From Bacilli bacterium (GTDB lineage: Bacteria; Bacillota_I; Bacilli_A; RF39; UBA660), in NCBI GenBank assembly GCA_017418945.1, contig JAFOMI010000047.1, forward strand, positions 1-62,245: a DNA stretch of 62,245 nucleotides, given 5' to 3'. Position 1 is the stretch's first letter; each line of letters starts with the position of its first letter. This document shows positions 10,755 to 21,700 of this stretch, in pieces. The translations under genes were made by a program, and so were the position numbers. The notes beneath the pieces are model-generated. The model ran no database searches and was not told the origin of the DNA. It was given only the letters and a program-made list of their open reading frames with translations.

Positions 10755-12491
10755 TTATTCAATAATAGCTTTTATTCTTCTAACACCTTGAGAAGATGCT
10801 TCTTCTTTTTTAATTTTAAAGTGACCTATTTCACTAGTGTTTGATACATGAGGACCACCACATAATTCTTTAGATACATCTCCAATAAAATATACAGTAA
10901 CAATATCTGGATATTTTTCAATAAATCTACATTCTGCGCCAATCTTTAATGCATCTTCTTTTTTCATTTCTTCTTTATGAACACTAAGCCCTTCACTAAT
11001 CCATTTATTAACCAAATCTTCAGTTGCTTTTATTTCATCAGGAGTTAATTTATGATCACAGTTAAAATCGAATCTCATTCTTTCATCTGTTATATTTGAA
11101 CCCATTTGATGAATATCTTTATTTACTGTTATCTTAAGAGCTGCATTAAGTAAATGTGTTGCAGTATGATATTTTGTTTCTATTTCTGAATTACCTGCCA
11201 AACCACCTTTAAACTTGCCTACAGAAGCTGTTCTTGATAATTCTTGGTGTTCTTTAAACTTTTTATTAAAGCCTTCAATATCAACATTTAAGCCTTTTTC
11301 ATTAGCTAGTTCTAAAGTTAATTCAATTGGAAAACCAAAAGTATCATATAAATGGAATGCAGTATCAGCATCTATATCTTTATCACTTTTCTTTTCAAAT
11401 TCTCTTAAACCTTTTTCTAAAGTTTTATTAAATTTTTCTTTTTCACTCTTTAAAACTTCTAAAACAACATCTTTATTTCTATCTAATTCTTCATAATATT
11501 TTTTATATTTTTCAATTATTAATAAAGCAATATCTCTTTCCCAACTAGAATTAATGTCTATTCCTAATTTCTTAGCATGACGAATAGCTCTTCTAATTAA
11601 TCTTCTTAAAATATATCCTTGATCTTTATTAGATGGTTTAATACCTGCATCATCTGATGCAATAAATACTGCTGTTCTAATATGATCTGCAATTATTCTA
11701 ATACTTTTTTCATTTCCTTTATAAGGTTTACTAGATATTTTTTCAATTAATTCAATAACATCAGTCCATAAAGATGATTCATAATTATCATTTTTGCCTT
11801 CTAATACTGCAAGTACTCTTTCATATCCCATACCAGTATCAACATTCTTTTTAGGTAAGTATTCAATAGTACCATCTTGTTTTCTATTAAATTGCATAAA
11901 TACATTATTCCAAATTTCAACCCATCTATCATCTTCTGTATCAAATACTTCTGGTACTTCTTCTTCACTTCTAAAATAGAATATTTCAGTATCAGTTCCA
12001 CAAGGACCAGTTTCTCCTGCTGCCCAGAAATTATCTTCTTTTGTTGATGCTATATGTCCTTTACTAATACCTAAAGAAAGCCATAAATCATATGCTTCTT
12101 GATCAAAAGGTACTTTATCATCTCCACTATAAACAGTAACTGCAAGTCTACTTACTGGAATATTTAATACTTTAGTTAAAAATTCAAAACTATAATTAAT
12201 ACTTTCATTCTTAAAATAATCTCCTAATGACCAGTTTCCAAGCATTTCAAAAAATGTATGATGTGTTTTATCTCCAACTTCATCTAAATCATTTGTTCTT
12301 ATACATTTTTGATAATCAACAAGTCTATTTCCATATGGATGAGGTTCACCCATTAAATATGGAATAAGTGGTTGCATACCTGCAGTATTAAATAGTACTG
12401 ATGGATCATTTTCAGGCACAACTGGTGCACTTGGTATTTGTTTATGTCCTTTACTTACAAAAAATTCTATATATTTATCTTTTAAATTCAT
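10755..12491 (-). CDS. alaS: alanine--tRNA ligase, short form (~580 aa, no C-Ala domain)
   Basis: LFNTAGMQP, HHTFFEMLGN, EIWNNVF, DTGMG.ER, LYDTFGFP and editing motifs HTATH / ELCGGPH. Confidence 0.96.
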   Translation of the reverse strand: MNLKDKYIEFFVSKGHKQIPSAPVVPENDPSVLFNTAGMQPLIPYLMGEPHPYGNRLVDYQKCIRTNDLDEVGDKTHHTFFEMLGNWSLGDYFKNESINYSFEFLTKVLNIPVSRLAVTVYSGDDKVPFDQEAYDLWLSLGISKGHIASTKEDNFWAAGETGPCGTDTEIFYFRSEEEVPEVFDTEDDRWVEIWNNVFMQFNRKQDGTIEYLPKKNVDTGMGYERVLAVLEGKNDNYESSLWTDVIELIEKISSKPYKGNEKSIRIIADHIRTAVFIASDDAGIKPSNKDQGYILRRLIRRAIRHAKKLGIDINSSWERDIALLIIEKYKKYYEELDRNKDVVLEVLKSEKEKFNKTLEKGLREFEKKSDKDIDADTAFHLYDTFGFPIELTLELANEKGLNVDIEGFNKKFKEHQELSRTASVGKFKGGLAGNSEIETKYHTATHLLNAALKITVNKDIHQMGSNITDERMRFDFNCDHKLTPDEIKATEDLVNKWISEGLSVHKEEMKKEDALKIGAECRFIEKYPDIVTVYFIGDVSKELCGGPHVSNTSEIGHFKIKKEEASSQGVRRIKAIIE

Positions 12492-12492
12492 A

Positions 12493-13140
12493 TTATTCAC
12501 CTACTATTTCTATAATTTTATTAATAACTTCTTCTATTTTCATATTACTAGAATCAATATATACTTGATCAGAAGTTCTAGTTAATGCTCCTAAAGGTCT
12601 ATGCATATCATCATAGTCTCTCATCTCAAGTGATTTTCTGACTTCTTCATAAGTACTATTTATTCCTTTTATTTCATTTTGTAATTGTCTTCTTTTTGCT
12701 CTTTCATCAAGTGAAGCATCTAAATAAAACTTAAAATCTGCATCAGGAAACACTTCAGTTGTTATGTCTCTACCTTCCATAACAATATTATCTTTATTTG
12801 CATAATCTCTTTGTTTTAATCTCATTTGTTCTCTTAATTTAATAATAGAACTAATTTTTGATACTTTAGATGTAACATTCATTTCTCTAATCATATCAGA
12901 TACATCTTCATCATCCATATATACTTTCCCATCATTAGTTAATCTTATATCCATATTCTTTAATAAATCAACTATTTCATCTTCTTTAGTTTCTTCTATA
13001 TTTTCTCTAATAGATTTAAGTGCTACACATCTATACATAGCACCTGTATCAATATAAGTAAAACCTAATCTTTTAGCAACTTCTTTAGCGATAGTTCCTT
13101 TTCCTGAACCTGAAGGTCCATCAATAGCAATTATTTTCAT
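12493..13140 (-). CDS. cmk: cytidylate kinase
   Basis: IAIDGPSGSGKGT, DTGAMYR and MEGRDI..VFPDA motifs. Confidence 0.97.
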   Translation of the reverse strand: MKIIAIDGPSGSGKGTIAKEVAKRLGFTYIDTGAMYRCVALKSIRENIEETKEDEIVDLLKNMDIRLTNDGKVYMDDEDVSDMIREMNVTSKVSKISSIIKLREQMRLKQRDYANKDNIVMEGRDITTEVFPDADFKFYLDASLDERAKRRQLQNEIKGINSTYEEVRKSLEMRDYDDMHRPLGALTRTSDQVYIDSSNMKIEEVINKIIEIVGE

Positions 13141-13149
13141 AAATCCTCC

Positions 13150-13347
13150 TATATAAAAAAGGATGGTATTCCTATACTAAGGAGCCTTATTTGGCGGTAC
13201 CATCCTTTTTTTAACTTAATTATAATAACGGCTTAAACCGGCATGTTTTCATGCATCTATCTTGATGTTAGCTTTCATCAATAATTATTATTAGTTTACA
13301 CCAACCACTAATTCTCTTTAAATAATATATTAATTACTCTTCATCAA
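13150..13347 (-). promoter_or_regulatory. T-box riboswitch, Ala specifier (GCU)
   Basis: Stem I with AGAGA bulge and GGUUGGUGUAA distal loop. Specifier GAAA-GCU-A at 13270-13272. Antiterminator AAGGA-UGGUACC-GCC..GGC-UCCUU, then a U-tract. Confidence 0.92.
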
Positions 13348-14488
13348 ATGAATTTTTTCTTTCTAATTTTTCAGTTATTTTATATTTATCATCAATAAAT
13401 AACCATATAGTTTTAAGTATTGCAGTTACAGGTGTTGCAATAACCATACCAATTATACCAAAGAAATGACCAAAAACCAATAGTCCAATGATAATTGTTA
13501 CTGGATGAAGTTTCATTGTCTTACTCATAACAATTGGATGAAGTATATAACTTTCTATTAATTGTATTAATAAAACAACAATTAATATTGCTATTCCAAG
13601 TTTATAATCTGTAGCAAACGCTACTGCTACAATTGGAATTCCTCCAATATATGGTCCAATATATGGAATAATATTTGTAATAGCGTTCCATAAAGCAAAG
13701 AATACTGCTGCTCTTAAACCTGCAAATCCAAACGAAATTGCTGATACAGCAAATACTAATAATGCTATAAAACCAGTTCCTCTAACAAAACTAAAAACTT
13801 GTTCACTTATATTACTTAATAAAGTATGAGTACTTTTTCTATATTTCTCAGGAATAAATATATATATATTTTCTTGTGCTCTATCAAAATCAATTAATAA
13901 ATAGAAACTAATAATTAAACTTAATAATAATACTCCAAGTTTTGATAAAATTGTACTTAAAGTTGCAAATACTTTAGTTGGCATATTAGTTGTTAAACTT
14001 GTAAGTGAACTAGTTAATATTGTTTTAATATTTAATGCCTTATCAGCTTTTAAAGTATCTATATTTAACTTCTTTAAAATATTTGTAACAAATTCGTTAA
14101 CAGAATCAAAAACTGTTGGTAAATACTTAATTAAATCATTTAATTCTCTTCCTATTAATGGAAATAAATACGAACAGAATAAATATATTATCGCTACTAA
14201 TACTATATATACTATTGATGTAGCTACTGCTCTATTCATTTTACCTTTATTAGTCATTCTAACAATTAAAGGATTAAATAAATATGCTATCAAAATACCT
14301 ATAAATAATGGTGAAATAACTTTTACTATTGACCAAATAAACTTAAATACGCCCCATTCTTTATTAACAAGTGTTAAAACGTATATTGCAAGTACTATAA
14401 TCAAAAAATAAAGAATTTTTAATATTTTTGTACCAACACAAGTCATTTCATTAATATTTTTAGTATTAATTTTTTTATCTTCTCTCAT
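13334..14488 (-). CDS. AI-2E family transporter (PerM/YueF-like)
   Basis: Multi-TM protein with IAYLFNPL, NIIPYIGP and LHPVTII motifs. Confidence 0.9.
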   Translation of the reverse strand: MREDKKINTKNINEMTCVGTKILKILYFLIIVLAIYVLTLVNKEWGVFKFIWSIVKVISPLFIGILIAYLFNPLIVRMTNKGKMNRAVATSIVYIVLVAIIYLFCSYLFPLIGRELNDLIKYLPTVFDSVNEFVTNILKKLNIDTLKADKALNIKTILTSSLTSLTTNMPTKVFATLSTILSKLGVLLLSLIISFYLLIDFDRAQENIYIFIPEKYRKSTHTLLSNISEQVFSFVRGTGFIALLVFAVSAISFGFAGLRAAVFFALWNAITNIIPYIGPYIGGIPIVAVAFATDYKLGIAILIVVLLIQLIESYILHPIVMSKTMKLHPVTIIIGLLVFGHFFGIIGMVIATPVTAILKTIWLFIDDKYKITEKLERKNSFDEE

Positions 14489-14524
14489 AGAATCACCTCT
14501 AACTTATATTATATCATCATTTTA

Positions 14525-15088
14525 TTAATTTATTTTATTTTTTATTATATTTTCTAATTCATTTACAGCTTTATCAAGATCATCATTTACTATTTTAAAA
14601 TCATATTTTTCACTAACTTCAATCTCTCTTCTTGCTATATCTAATCTATTATCAATAGAATCCATTGAATCAGTACCTCTATTTATTAATCTTTCTCTCA
14701 ATTCATCCATTGATGGAGGTAAAATAAATATTAAAGTACAATCATCTTTCATCATATTTTTAACATTCATTGCACCAACCACTTCAATAACTAAAATAAC
14801 ATTTATTCCATTATTAATTCTTTTTTCAACTTCTTTTCTTGGAGTTCCATAATAGTTACCGTTATACATCGCATATTCAAGTAATTCATTGTTATCAATT
14901 GCTTCTTCAAATTCTTCTTTAGTTTTAAAATAATAATTAACTCCATCTACTTCATTATTTCTAATTGCTCTACTAGTCATAGAAATAGATAATTCATCTT
15001 CTTTATGTTTTTCTAAATATTTACTAACTACGGTATCTTTTCCAACTCCTGATGGACCAGATACTACGATTAACTTACCCTTTTTCAT
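14525..15088 (-). CDS. gmk: guanylate kinase
   Basis: SGPSGVGKDT, TSRA.R..EVDGVNYYF, YYGT and FILPPS motifs. Confidence 0.97.
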   Translation of the reverse strand: MKKGKLIVVSGPSGVGKDTVVSKYLEKHKEDELSISMTSRAIRNNEVDGVNYYFKTKEEFEEAIDNNELLEYAMYNGNYYGTPRKEVEKRINNGINVILVIEVVGAMNVKNMMKDDCTLIFILPPSMDELRERLINRGTDSMDSIDNRLDIARREIEVSEKYDFKIVNDDLDKAVNELENIIKNKIN

Positions 15089-15162
15089 ATCATTTCCTCT
15101 TTTCTTATTTTATATTTTAGCAAAACAAACTAAAAAAAACAATAAAATTATAATTATATATT

Positions 15163-16611
15163 TTATTGTTTTTTATTATTTATATTTCTAGAACTAATCA
15201 ACTTTTTATCTATTTTATTAGATAAAATTCTATAATTATATATCTTTTCAGTAACGTTATCGTTACCCATTCTATGTTCTTCATAAATAGTTTTATTATT
15301 TGCTTGTATATTCTTTGTAATTACATTACCGTTTAAATCAAATTCTTTAAAAATAAAATAATTTGATTTTTTACTTTTAGTAATAGATGTATATGTAGTT
15401 AAATCATTTTCTAATTTTTCATTTAATAATTCATCACTAACTGGTTTATTAATATCATAAATAGTATCATTTATTTTTAAATAAGAATACATTTTAGATT
15501 TATTTCCTGTTTTAATATTAAATTCATCATAATAATTGATTTCTTTTGTTTTCTTTAAACAAAATTCTAATATCTTTTTATTATTTTTATCTTTTAATAT
15601 ATATTTACCATTAAAATAAGAATAAGTAATTTTATTTAAATTCAAATCCATACCTTTTAATTCATCTATAATAAAATCAGAAATTGTATTTAAACACTTA
15701 TAATCATGTTTTAATATAACATCATTATTACTTTTTTCTTTAATATATATAAGTAATTTCATAATAGTATTTTTAATATTATTATTATCATATATTTCAT
15801 TTGTAATAAATGAGATGTCTTTTTTTACTAATTTTTCTTTATTAATTTGATATGTGTTTTTACCATTAATAACATCTATAAAATAATTTCTTATTCTTTT
15901 TAATTCATATAATGGATAATTATATTCATTATAAAAAGATAAATTAACATTATTTAAAAAATCTATTAAAGTTTTTGGATTAACCAAAATATTATGTTCC
16001 TTCGCATATCCAAAATAATCTTCTAATATATCAGAAACAAAAGACATATAACTTGTATTATTATATTCATCCATTATATGCAGATAACCAAATTTCTTAA
16101 GATATGGATTATCACCAATTACTTTTTGAATCTCAGGTCTAGAAGAGATAATTTCATTTAATTTTAAAACTCCTTCAAGAGAATAAAATCTAAACACTAT
16201 CATATCATTTGACTCTGCAATTCTAAACTTATTTTGAGACGAATAAGGAATTGTAGATAAAATTGGAATAAAATATTTTAGTGCATGATAAAATTCTCCC
16301 TTTTTAACAGGAATATATACTTTATATCTTTCAGGTTTATCTATTTCTATGAATTTAGCAAAAAAATCATCAAAATATGATAGATTATATTTTACTATAT
16401 TAAGCATAACTCTTTTATCATTATTTGATATAGTTAAATCATCAATAAAAGAAATATTGGCGTATCCTTTAGAATTATTAAAAAAATCTTTATATTTTTT
16501 ATAATTTTTTATAGATTCTTCTTTATTTAAATCTATAACATCAGTATATTCAATATAACCCTTTTCCTTATAAATTTTATGTACTCTATCAAGTTCCTTT
16601 TTAAATTCCAT
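15163..16611 (-). CDS. hypothetical protein (482 aa orphan)
   Basis: Long ORF, AGGAG SD, own consensus promoter. No recognisable motif. Confidence 0.8.
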   Translation of the reverse strand: MEFKKELDRVHKIYKEKGYIEYTDVIDLNKEESIKNYKKYKDFFNNSKGYANISFIDDLTISNNDKRVMLNIVKYNLSYFDDFFAKFIEIDKPERYKVYIPVKKGEFYHALKYFIPILSTIPYSSQNKFRIAESNDMIVFRFYSLEGVLKLNEIISSRPEIQKVIGDNPYLKKFGYLHIMDEYNNTSYMSFVSDILEDYFGYAKEHNILVNPKTLIDFLNNVNLSFYNEYNYPLYELKRIRNYFIDVINGKNTYQINKEKLVKKDISFITNEIYDNNNIKNTIMKLLIYIKEKSNNDVILKHDYKCLNTISDFIIDELKGMDLNLNKITYSYFNGKYILKDKNNKKILEFCLKKTKEINYYDEFNIKTGNKSKMYSYLKINDTIYDINKPVSDELLNEKLENDLTTYTSITKSKKSNYFIFKEFDLNGNVITKNIQANNKTIYEEHRMGNDNVTEKIYNYRILSNKIDKKLISSRNINNKKQ

Positions 16612-16635
16612 ATATATCTCCTAAAACACGACGAT

Positions 16636-16664
16636 ATTATAATTAATAATGTTAATTTTGTCAA
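16636..16664 (-). promoter_or_regulatory. sigmaA consensus promoter
   Basis: TTGACA-17 nt-TATAAT on the minus strand upstream of the 482 aa orphan. Confidence 0.75.
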
Positions 16665-16687
16665 ATTTAAGAATTTAAAAAAAGCAA

Positions 16688-16882
16688 CTATTTAGTTGCT
16701 TCTTCCATATTTTTTTCTACAACGTTTTTACCTTTATAGAATCCACATTCTGGACAAACTCTATGAGGTTTAATACTAGCACCACAATTCTTACATACAA
16801 CTGTATTAGCTGCTTCAATCTTGTAATGAGTTCTTCTCATTCTACCTCTAGTTTTAGATATTTTTCTAAATGGAACTGCCAT
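16688..16882 (-). CDS. rpmF: 50S ribosomal protein L32 (Zn-ribbon form)
   Basis: MAVPFRK.SK.R..MRR, CKNCG and HRVCPECGFY. Confidence 0.97.
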   Translation of the reverse strand: MAVPFRKISKTRGRMRRTHYKIEAANTVVCKNCGASIKPHRVCPECGFYKGKNVVEKNMEEATK

Positions 16883-16900
16883 TAATCTTCACTCCTCTCT

Positions 16901-17401
16901 TTATTCACTTAAAAAATCTTTAAGTTTTGATAATCTTGGATCAATTTCTTTGCTTTCTTCCTCTTTAGTTATAAATTTCCATCCGTCTCCATATATATTT
17001 TCTTCTAAAACGTCTTCACTTACAACTCTCATTGGAACTTCCACTAATATATTTTGCCATATAATTGGAAGTAAATCAATAGAATTATTAATAATTTTAT
17101 CAAATTCTTCCAAATTATTGCCATTTTCGCCAATTATTTCTTCTATATCAATATCTATAGGATATTTTACATCCTTTAATGAAACACTACATATTAAAGT
17201 TAATTCACATTTAATATTAAGATTTACACTAAAGCATTCTCCGTTTTCTTCAATATCTCCATAAACATTAACAAGAGAAACATTTTTGATATCTTTATTA
17301 TCTTTATAATATTCTTCTGGAATAGTAACAGATTCATCAACTATTATTCTGTCTAATTCTCTATAAAATAATTTTGTTAAATCTATTTTCACTCTCATCA
17401 C
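16901..17401 (-). CDS. yceD: YceD/DUF177 family protein
   Basis: Directly upstream of rpmF, with a C-terminal IDPRLSKL motif. Confidence 0.85.
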   Translation of the reverse strand: MMRVKIDLTKLFYRELDRIIVDESVTIPEEYYKDNKDIKNVSLVNVYGDIEENGECFSVNLNIKCELTLICSVSLKDVKYPIDIDIEEIIGENGNNLEEFDKIINNSIDLLPIIWQNILVEVPMRVVSEDVLEENIYGDGWKFITKEEESKEIDPRLSKLKDFLSE

Positions 17402-17454
17402 TCCAGCAAAGTAATTATACTCTATTTTATTATTAAAATCAAGATACTTATTTT

Positions 17455-18681
17455 TTATAATATGTAACGTTTTATATTATCTTTTTTCTCATCTAATTTA
17501 ATAAAACCTTTATTGTATCTTCTATAAAGTGCTCTATAAGTAGCTTTATTAACTGGATAACCATTATCAGTTAAATATGAAATTAATTTTTCTTTTAATT
17601 CATTTGATATTAAAGTTCCACTTCCTTCAATTATTTTCCCTCTTTTATCAAACTCTGCACCTATTATTATTGTTTCATTCATTATTTCTCTAATATCATC
17701 TTCATTTGTTTCTAAAACATTCATTTTAATATATTTTTGAAGAGCATTTCTTAACTCATATTGATCACTTCTACTTAAATATTTAAATGACATAGTTATT
17801 ATTTGATTAATTGGTAATGATGTAATTTTAAAATAATCTAATATATCAAAATCTCTTAATTTACCATTATCATCAACTTTATTCTTTATTAAATATGATA
17901 ATTCGTTTATAGAATTCTTTAAATAATCAGTTGTAGTTTTTTCATTACTTTTTCTTATAAATAAATATCTATTATATAGAATATCATCTATTACTTTAAC
18001 TACTTCTACAGCATTTTCAAATTCTTTTATTGTAGTACCATAATATTTACAAAATTCATTTATATCAATATTACCAGAATGATTATATACAGTAATCATT
18101 ACTTTTGCATTATGATTAATTTCTTCTTCTCTTTTTAATAATTCTTGATCAGTTAAAACTGGTTTATTTAGTTGTTTTTTATATTTATAAACAGTCTCTA
18201 ATCTAGTTCTAATGACTTCACGTTTAAAATCATTAAATAAGTCTTCATACTTAGAAAAATTAGTTTTTAAATAATATGGATTATAATGAGTATTCTTAAC
18301 ATATTCATAAACATCTTTTTCATTATATATTGGAATAATACCTTCATATATTTTATATAATATAGAATTAAATCTATTTTGATCTATTTTTGTTATTTTA
18401 GATTTAGAATTTAAAGATACTTTAAAATATTCATCAGGTATTCCTAAAAATTCAGTTGCGTATTCTTTTATACATTTTTTTATTACTTTTTTACCAACAC
18501 CTAATCTATTTTTTAAATAATCAAAAGCTTCATCACTATATTTTTTATCATTACAATACTTATATAAATATTTTAAAACTATTTGTTTTTCAAGATTGTT
18601 AGTATATAGATAATGTTTATTATTATTATTACCTTTTTCATCTAATATAAAGTTTCTGTTGCTAATTTCAATTAATTCCAT
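17455..18681 (-). CDS. hypothetical protein (408 aa orphan)
   Basis: Long ORF, AAAGGAG SD and TTGACA-16-TATAAT upstream. Confidence 0.8.
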   Translation of the reverse strand: MELIEISNRNFILDEKGNNNNKHYLYTNNLEKQIVLKYLYKYCNDKKYSDEAFDYLKNRLGVGKKVIKKCIKEYATEFLGIPDEYFKVSLNSKSKITKIDQNRFNSILYKIYEGIIPIYNEKDVYEYVKNTHYNPYYLKTNFSKYEDLFNDFKREVIRTRLETVYKYKKQLNKPVLTDQELLKREEEINHNAKVMITVYNHSGNIDINEFCKYYGTTIKEFENAVEVVKVIDDILYNRYLFIRKSNEKTTTDYLKNSINELSYLIKNKVDDNGKLRDFDILDYFKITSLPINQIITMSFKYLSRSDQYELRNALQKYIKMNVLETNEDDIREIMNETIIIGAEFDKRGKIIEGSGTLISNELKEKLISYLTDNGYPVNKATYRALYRRYNKGFIKLDEKKDNIKRYIL

Positions 18682-18744
18682 ATGTTATCTCCTTTAAAAC
18701 ATCAAATATTATACTTTATTTTTATTTTTTGTCAAAAAAAGTTG

Positions 18745-21700
18745 TTATTTAACAACTTTTTCTACTTTTATCTTAACTAATTTACCATTTAAATCATATT
18801 CATTTTCTAATGAATCAGATTTAACTATGTCTAACGCTAGTACTTCATCTTTTATATATTCTTCATAAGAAGATATAACACTATCAATATCTCCATTATA
18901 GAATAATGTTATTCTATCAGAAATATCAAGTCCAGAATCTTTTCTTATATTTTGAACTTTACTAACAAGTTCTCTTGCAATTCCTTCATTTATTAATTCA
19001 TCAGTTAAAGTTGTATCAATAACTATAAAGTTATCATTTAAGAATGCAGCATCATAACCTTCTTTTGACGAAACTCTAATTTCTATCATATCTTGATTAA
19101 TAGTTAAATCTTCATCCATAAATTTAATAGTAATATCTTCACCCTTTTGTAATTTAGATATATTAGTTTCATCTAAGTTTTCTAATGCTTTAGAATATTC
19201 GTTAATATTTTTACCAAACATTCTTCCACATACTCTAAAATTAGGTTTTAAAGATAAAGACATATATTTAGTTAAATCAGAAACAAATGTTACATTTTTA
19301 ACATTTAATTCTTCTTTTATTAATGGAGTTAAATCTGATATTAATTCTTCATTTTTACCATCTAAAATAACTTCATTAATTGGTTGTCTAACCTTTATTT
19401 TAGCTTCTTCTCTAGCATTTCTTCCAAGAGATATTAAATCTTTAACTAAATCCATTCTATTTTCAATTTTTTCATTTACTTTTGATGCATCAAATTCTGG
19501 GAAATCACTTAAATGAATAGATTCTTCACCTGTTAATTTAGTATATATATCGTCTGTTATAAATGGTGTAATTGGAGAAACTAATTTTAAGAATCCAATT
19601 AAAACATCATATGTTGTTTTATAAACTGCCTTTTTAGAATTATCTAATTTAGAAGCCCAGAATCTTCTTCTATTTCTTCTAATATACCAGTTAGATAAAT
19701 CATCATTTAAGAATGTAATTAAATATTTAACTACTTTATTTAAATCAAATTCTTCATAAGCATCAGTTACATTTTTAACTAAATTATTATATTTAGATAA
19801 TAACCATTTATCTATTTCTTCTAATTCATCATATGAAACATCAAATTTTCTTGGATCAATTTCATCAGTATTCGCATACATTTCAAAGAAATTATAAGTA
19901 TTCTTTAAAGTATTATAGAATTTAGATACAACTTCATCTAATGCTTTATGATCAAATTTAATTGGTGACCAAACTGGTCCAATATTCATTAAATAAAATC
20001 TAACTGAATCAGCACCATATTTTTCTATTGTAGTAAATGGTTCAACAATATTGCCTAATGATTTACTCATCTTTTTACCATTTGCATCTAGCATTAAGTC
20101 ATTTACAAGTACATTTTTATATGAACTTTTACCTGATATAATTGTTGAAATAACAAGTAATACATAGAACCATCCTCTTGTTTGATCTATTCCTTCCGCT
20201 ATAAAATCTGCTGGGAATTGTTTTTCAAATAATTCCTTATTTTCAAAAGGATAATGATATTGAGCATAAGGCATAGATCCTGAATCAAACCATACATCTA
20301 ATACATCTTTTTCTCTTGTCATAATCTTACCACATTTTGGACATTTCATATGAATGTTATCAACATATGGTCTATGTAAATCTAATTCTTCATCTTTTAT
20401 TTCTTCGATAGCTTTTTCTTTTAATTCTTTAATCGAACCAACTGATTCAAAATGACCACATTCGCATTTCCAAATTGGAAGTGGACATCCCCAATATCTA
20501 TTTCTTCCGATACCCCAGTCTATCATATTTTCAAGCCAATTATTAAATCTCTTTTCACCTACGAATGATGGATGCCAATTAATATTCTTATTAGCTTCAA
20601 TTATTTGATCTTTAACTTTAGTATTATTTAAATACCATGCTGGTTTAGCAAAATAAATTAGTGGTTGTTTACATCTCCAACAATGTGGGTAATCATGAGT
20701 TATTTTAATTTTCTTAAATAATTTATCATTTTCTTTTAACCATCTAATAATATCAATTTCAAGTTCAGGATCAGTAACTAGTCTACCTTTCCATGGCCCT
20801 TCAGTATACTTGCCATCTAATCCAACTGGATTAACAAATGTAATACCATTTTCTTTAGATATTCTATTATCATCAGCACCATAAGCAGGAGCTATATGAA
20901 CGATACCAGTACCATCTTCCATAGTTACATAATCATCACAAAGTACTTCAAATGCTTTACCTTCTACCTTAACAAATGGCATTAATTGTTCATATTTAGT
21001 TCCAACTAAATCTTTACCTTTATAAGTTTCTAAAACTTCATAATCTTCACCAAGAATATTATTTGCAAGTTTCTCAGCCAAAATAAATTTATATCCCATA
21101 CTAGAAACTTTAATATAATTTTCATTAGGATTAACACATAAAGCTAAGTTTGCAATTAAAGTCCATGGTGTTGTTGTCCATGCTAAGAAATATTCATCTT
21201 TACCTTCTACTTTAAATGGAACAACTACAGTATTTACAGATACCTCTTTATAACCTTGAGCTACTTCAAAATTAGATAATTCAGTTCCACATCTTGGACA
21301 ATATGGAAGTACTCTATTTCCTTCATAAATAAGGCCTTTTTTATTCATTTCGTTTATAATCCACCATTCAGATTCAATATAATCATTTGAGCATGTTACA
21401 TATGGATTTTCCATATCAATGAATTGACCCATCATATTAGTTAATTTTTTAACATCACCAATACAAGTATCAGTTGTATTACGACATTCATTAATAAAAT
21501 TTTGAATTCCAAACTTTTCAATATCATCTTTACCGTTAAAACCTAATTTCTTTTCAACATTAACTTCTACCGGTAAACCATGGGTATCAAGCCCTATTTT
21601 TCTTAAAACTCTATAACCTTTCATAGTTTTATATCTACAAAAAGCATCTTTTATTTCTTTTGCATACATGTGATGTAGACCTGGTTTTGCATTTGCGTAT

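Noticed and set aside
8274-12001. ORFs 8274..8507, 8916..9140, 11215..11496, 11794..11979 and 11801..12001
   Set aside because: Shadows of spoIVB, xseAB and alaS.
13286-13323. 38-nt repeat (second copy at 22968) as a CRISPR repeat or att site
   Set aside because: Only two copies 9.7 kb apart, both explained as T-box Stem I. No spacers, cas or integrase.
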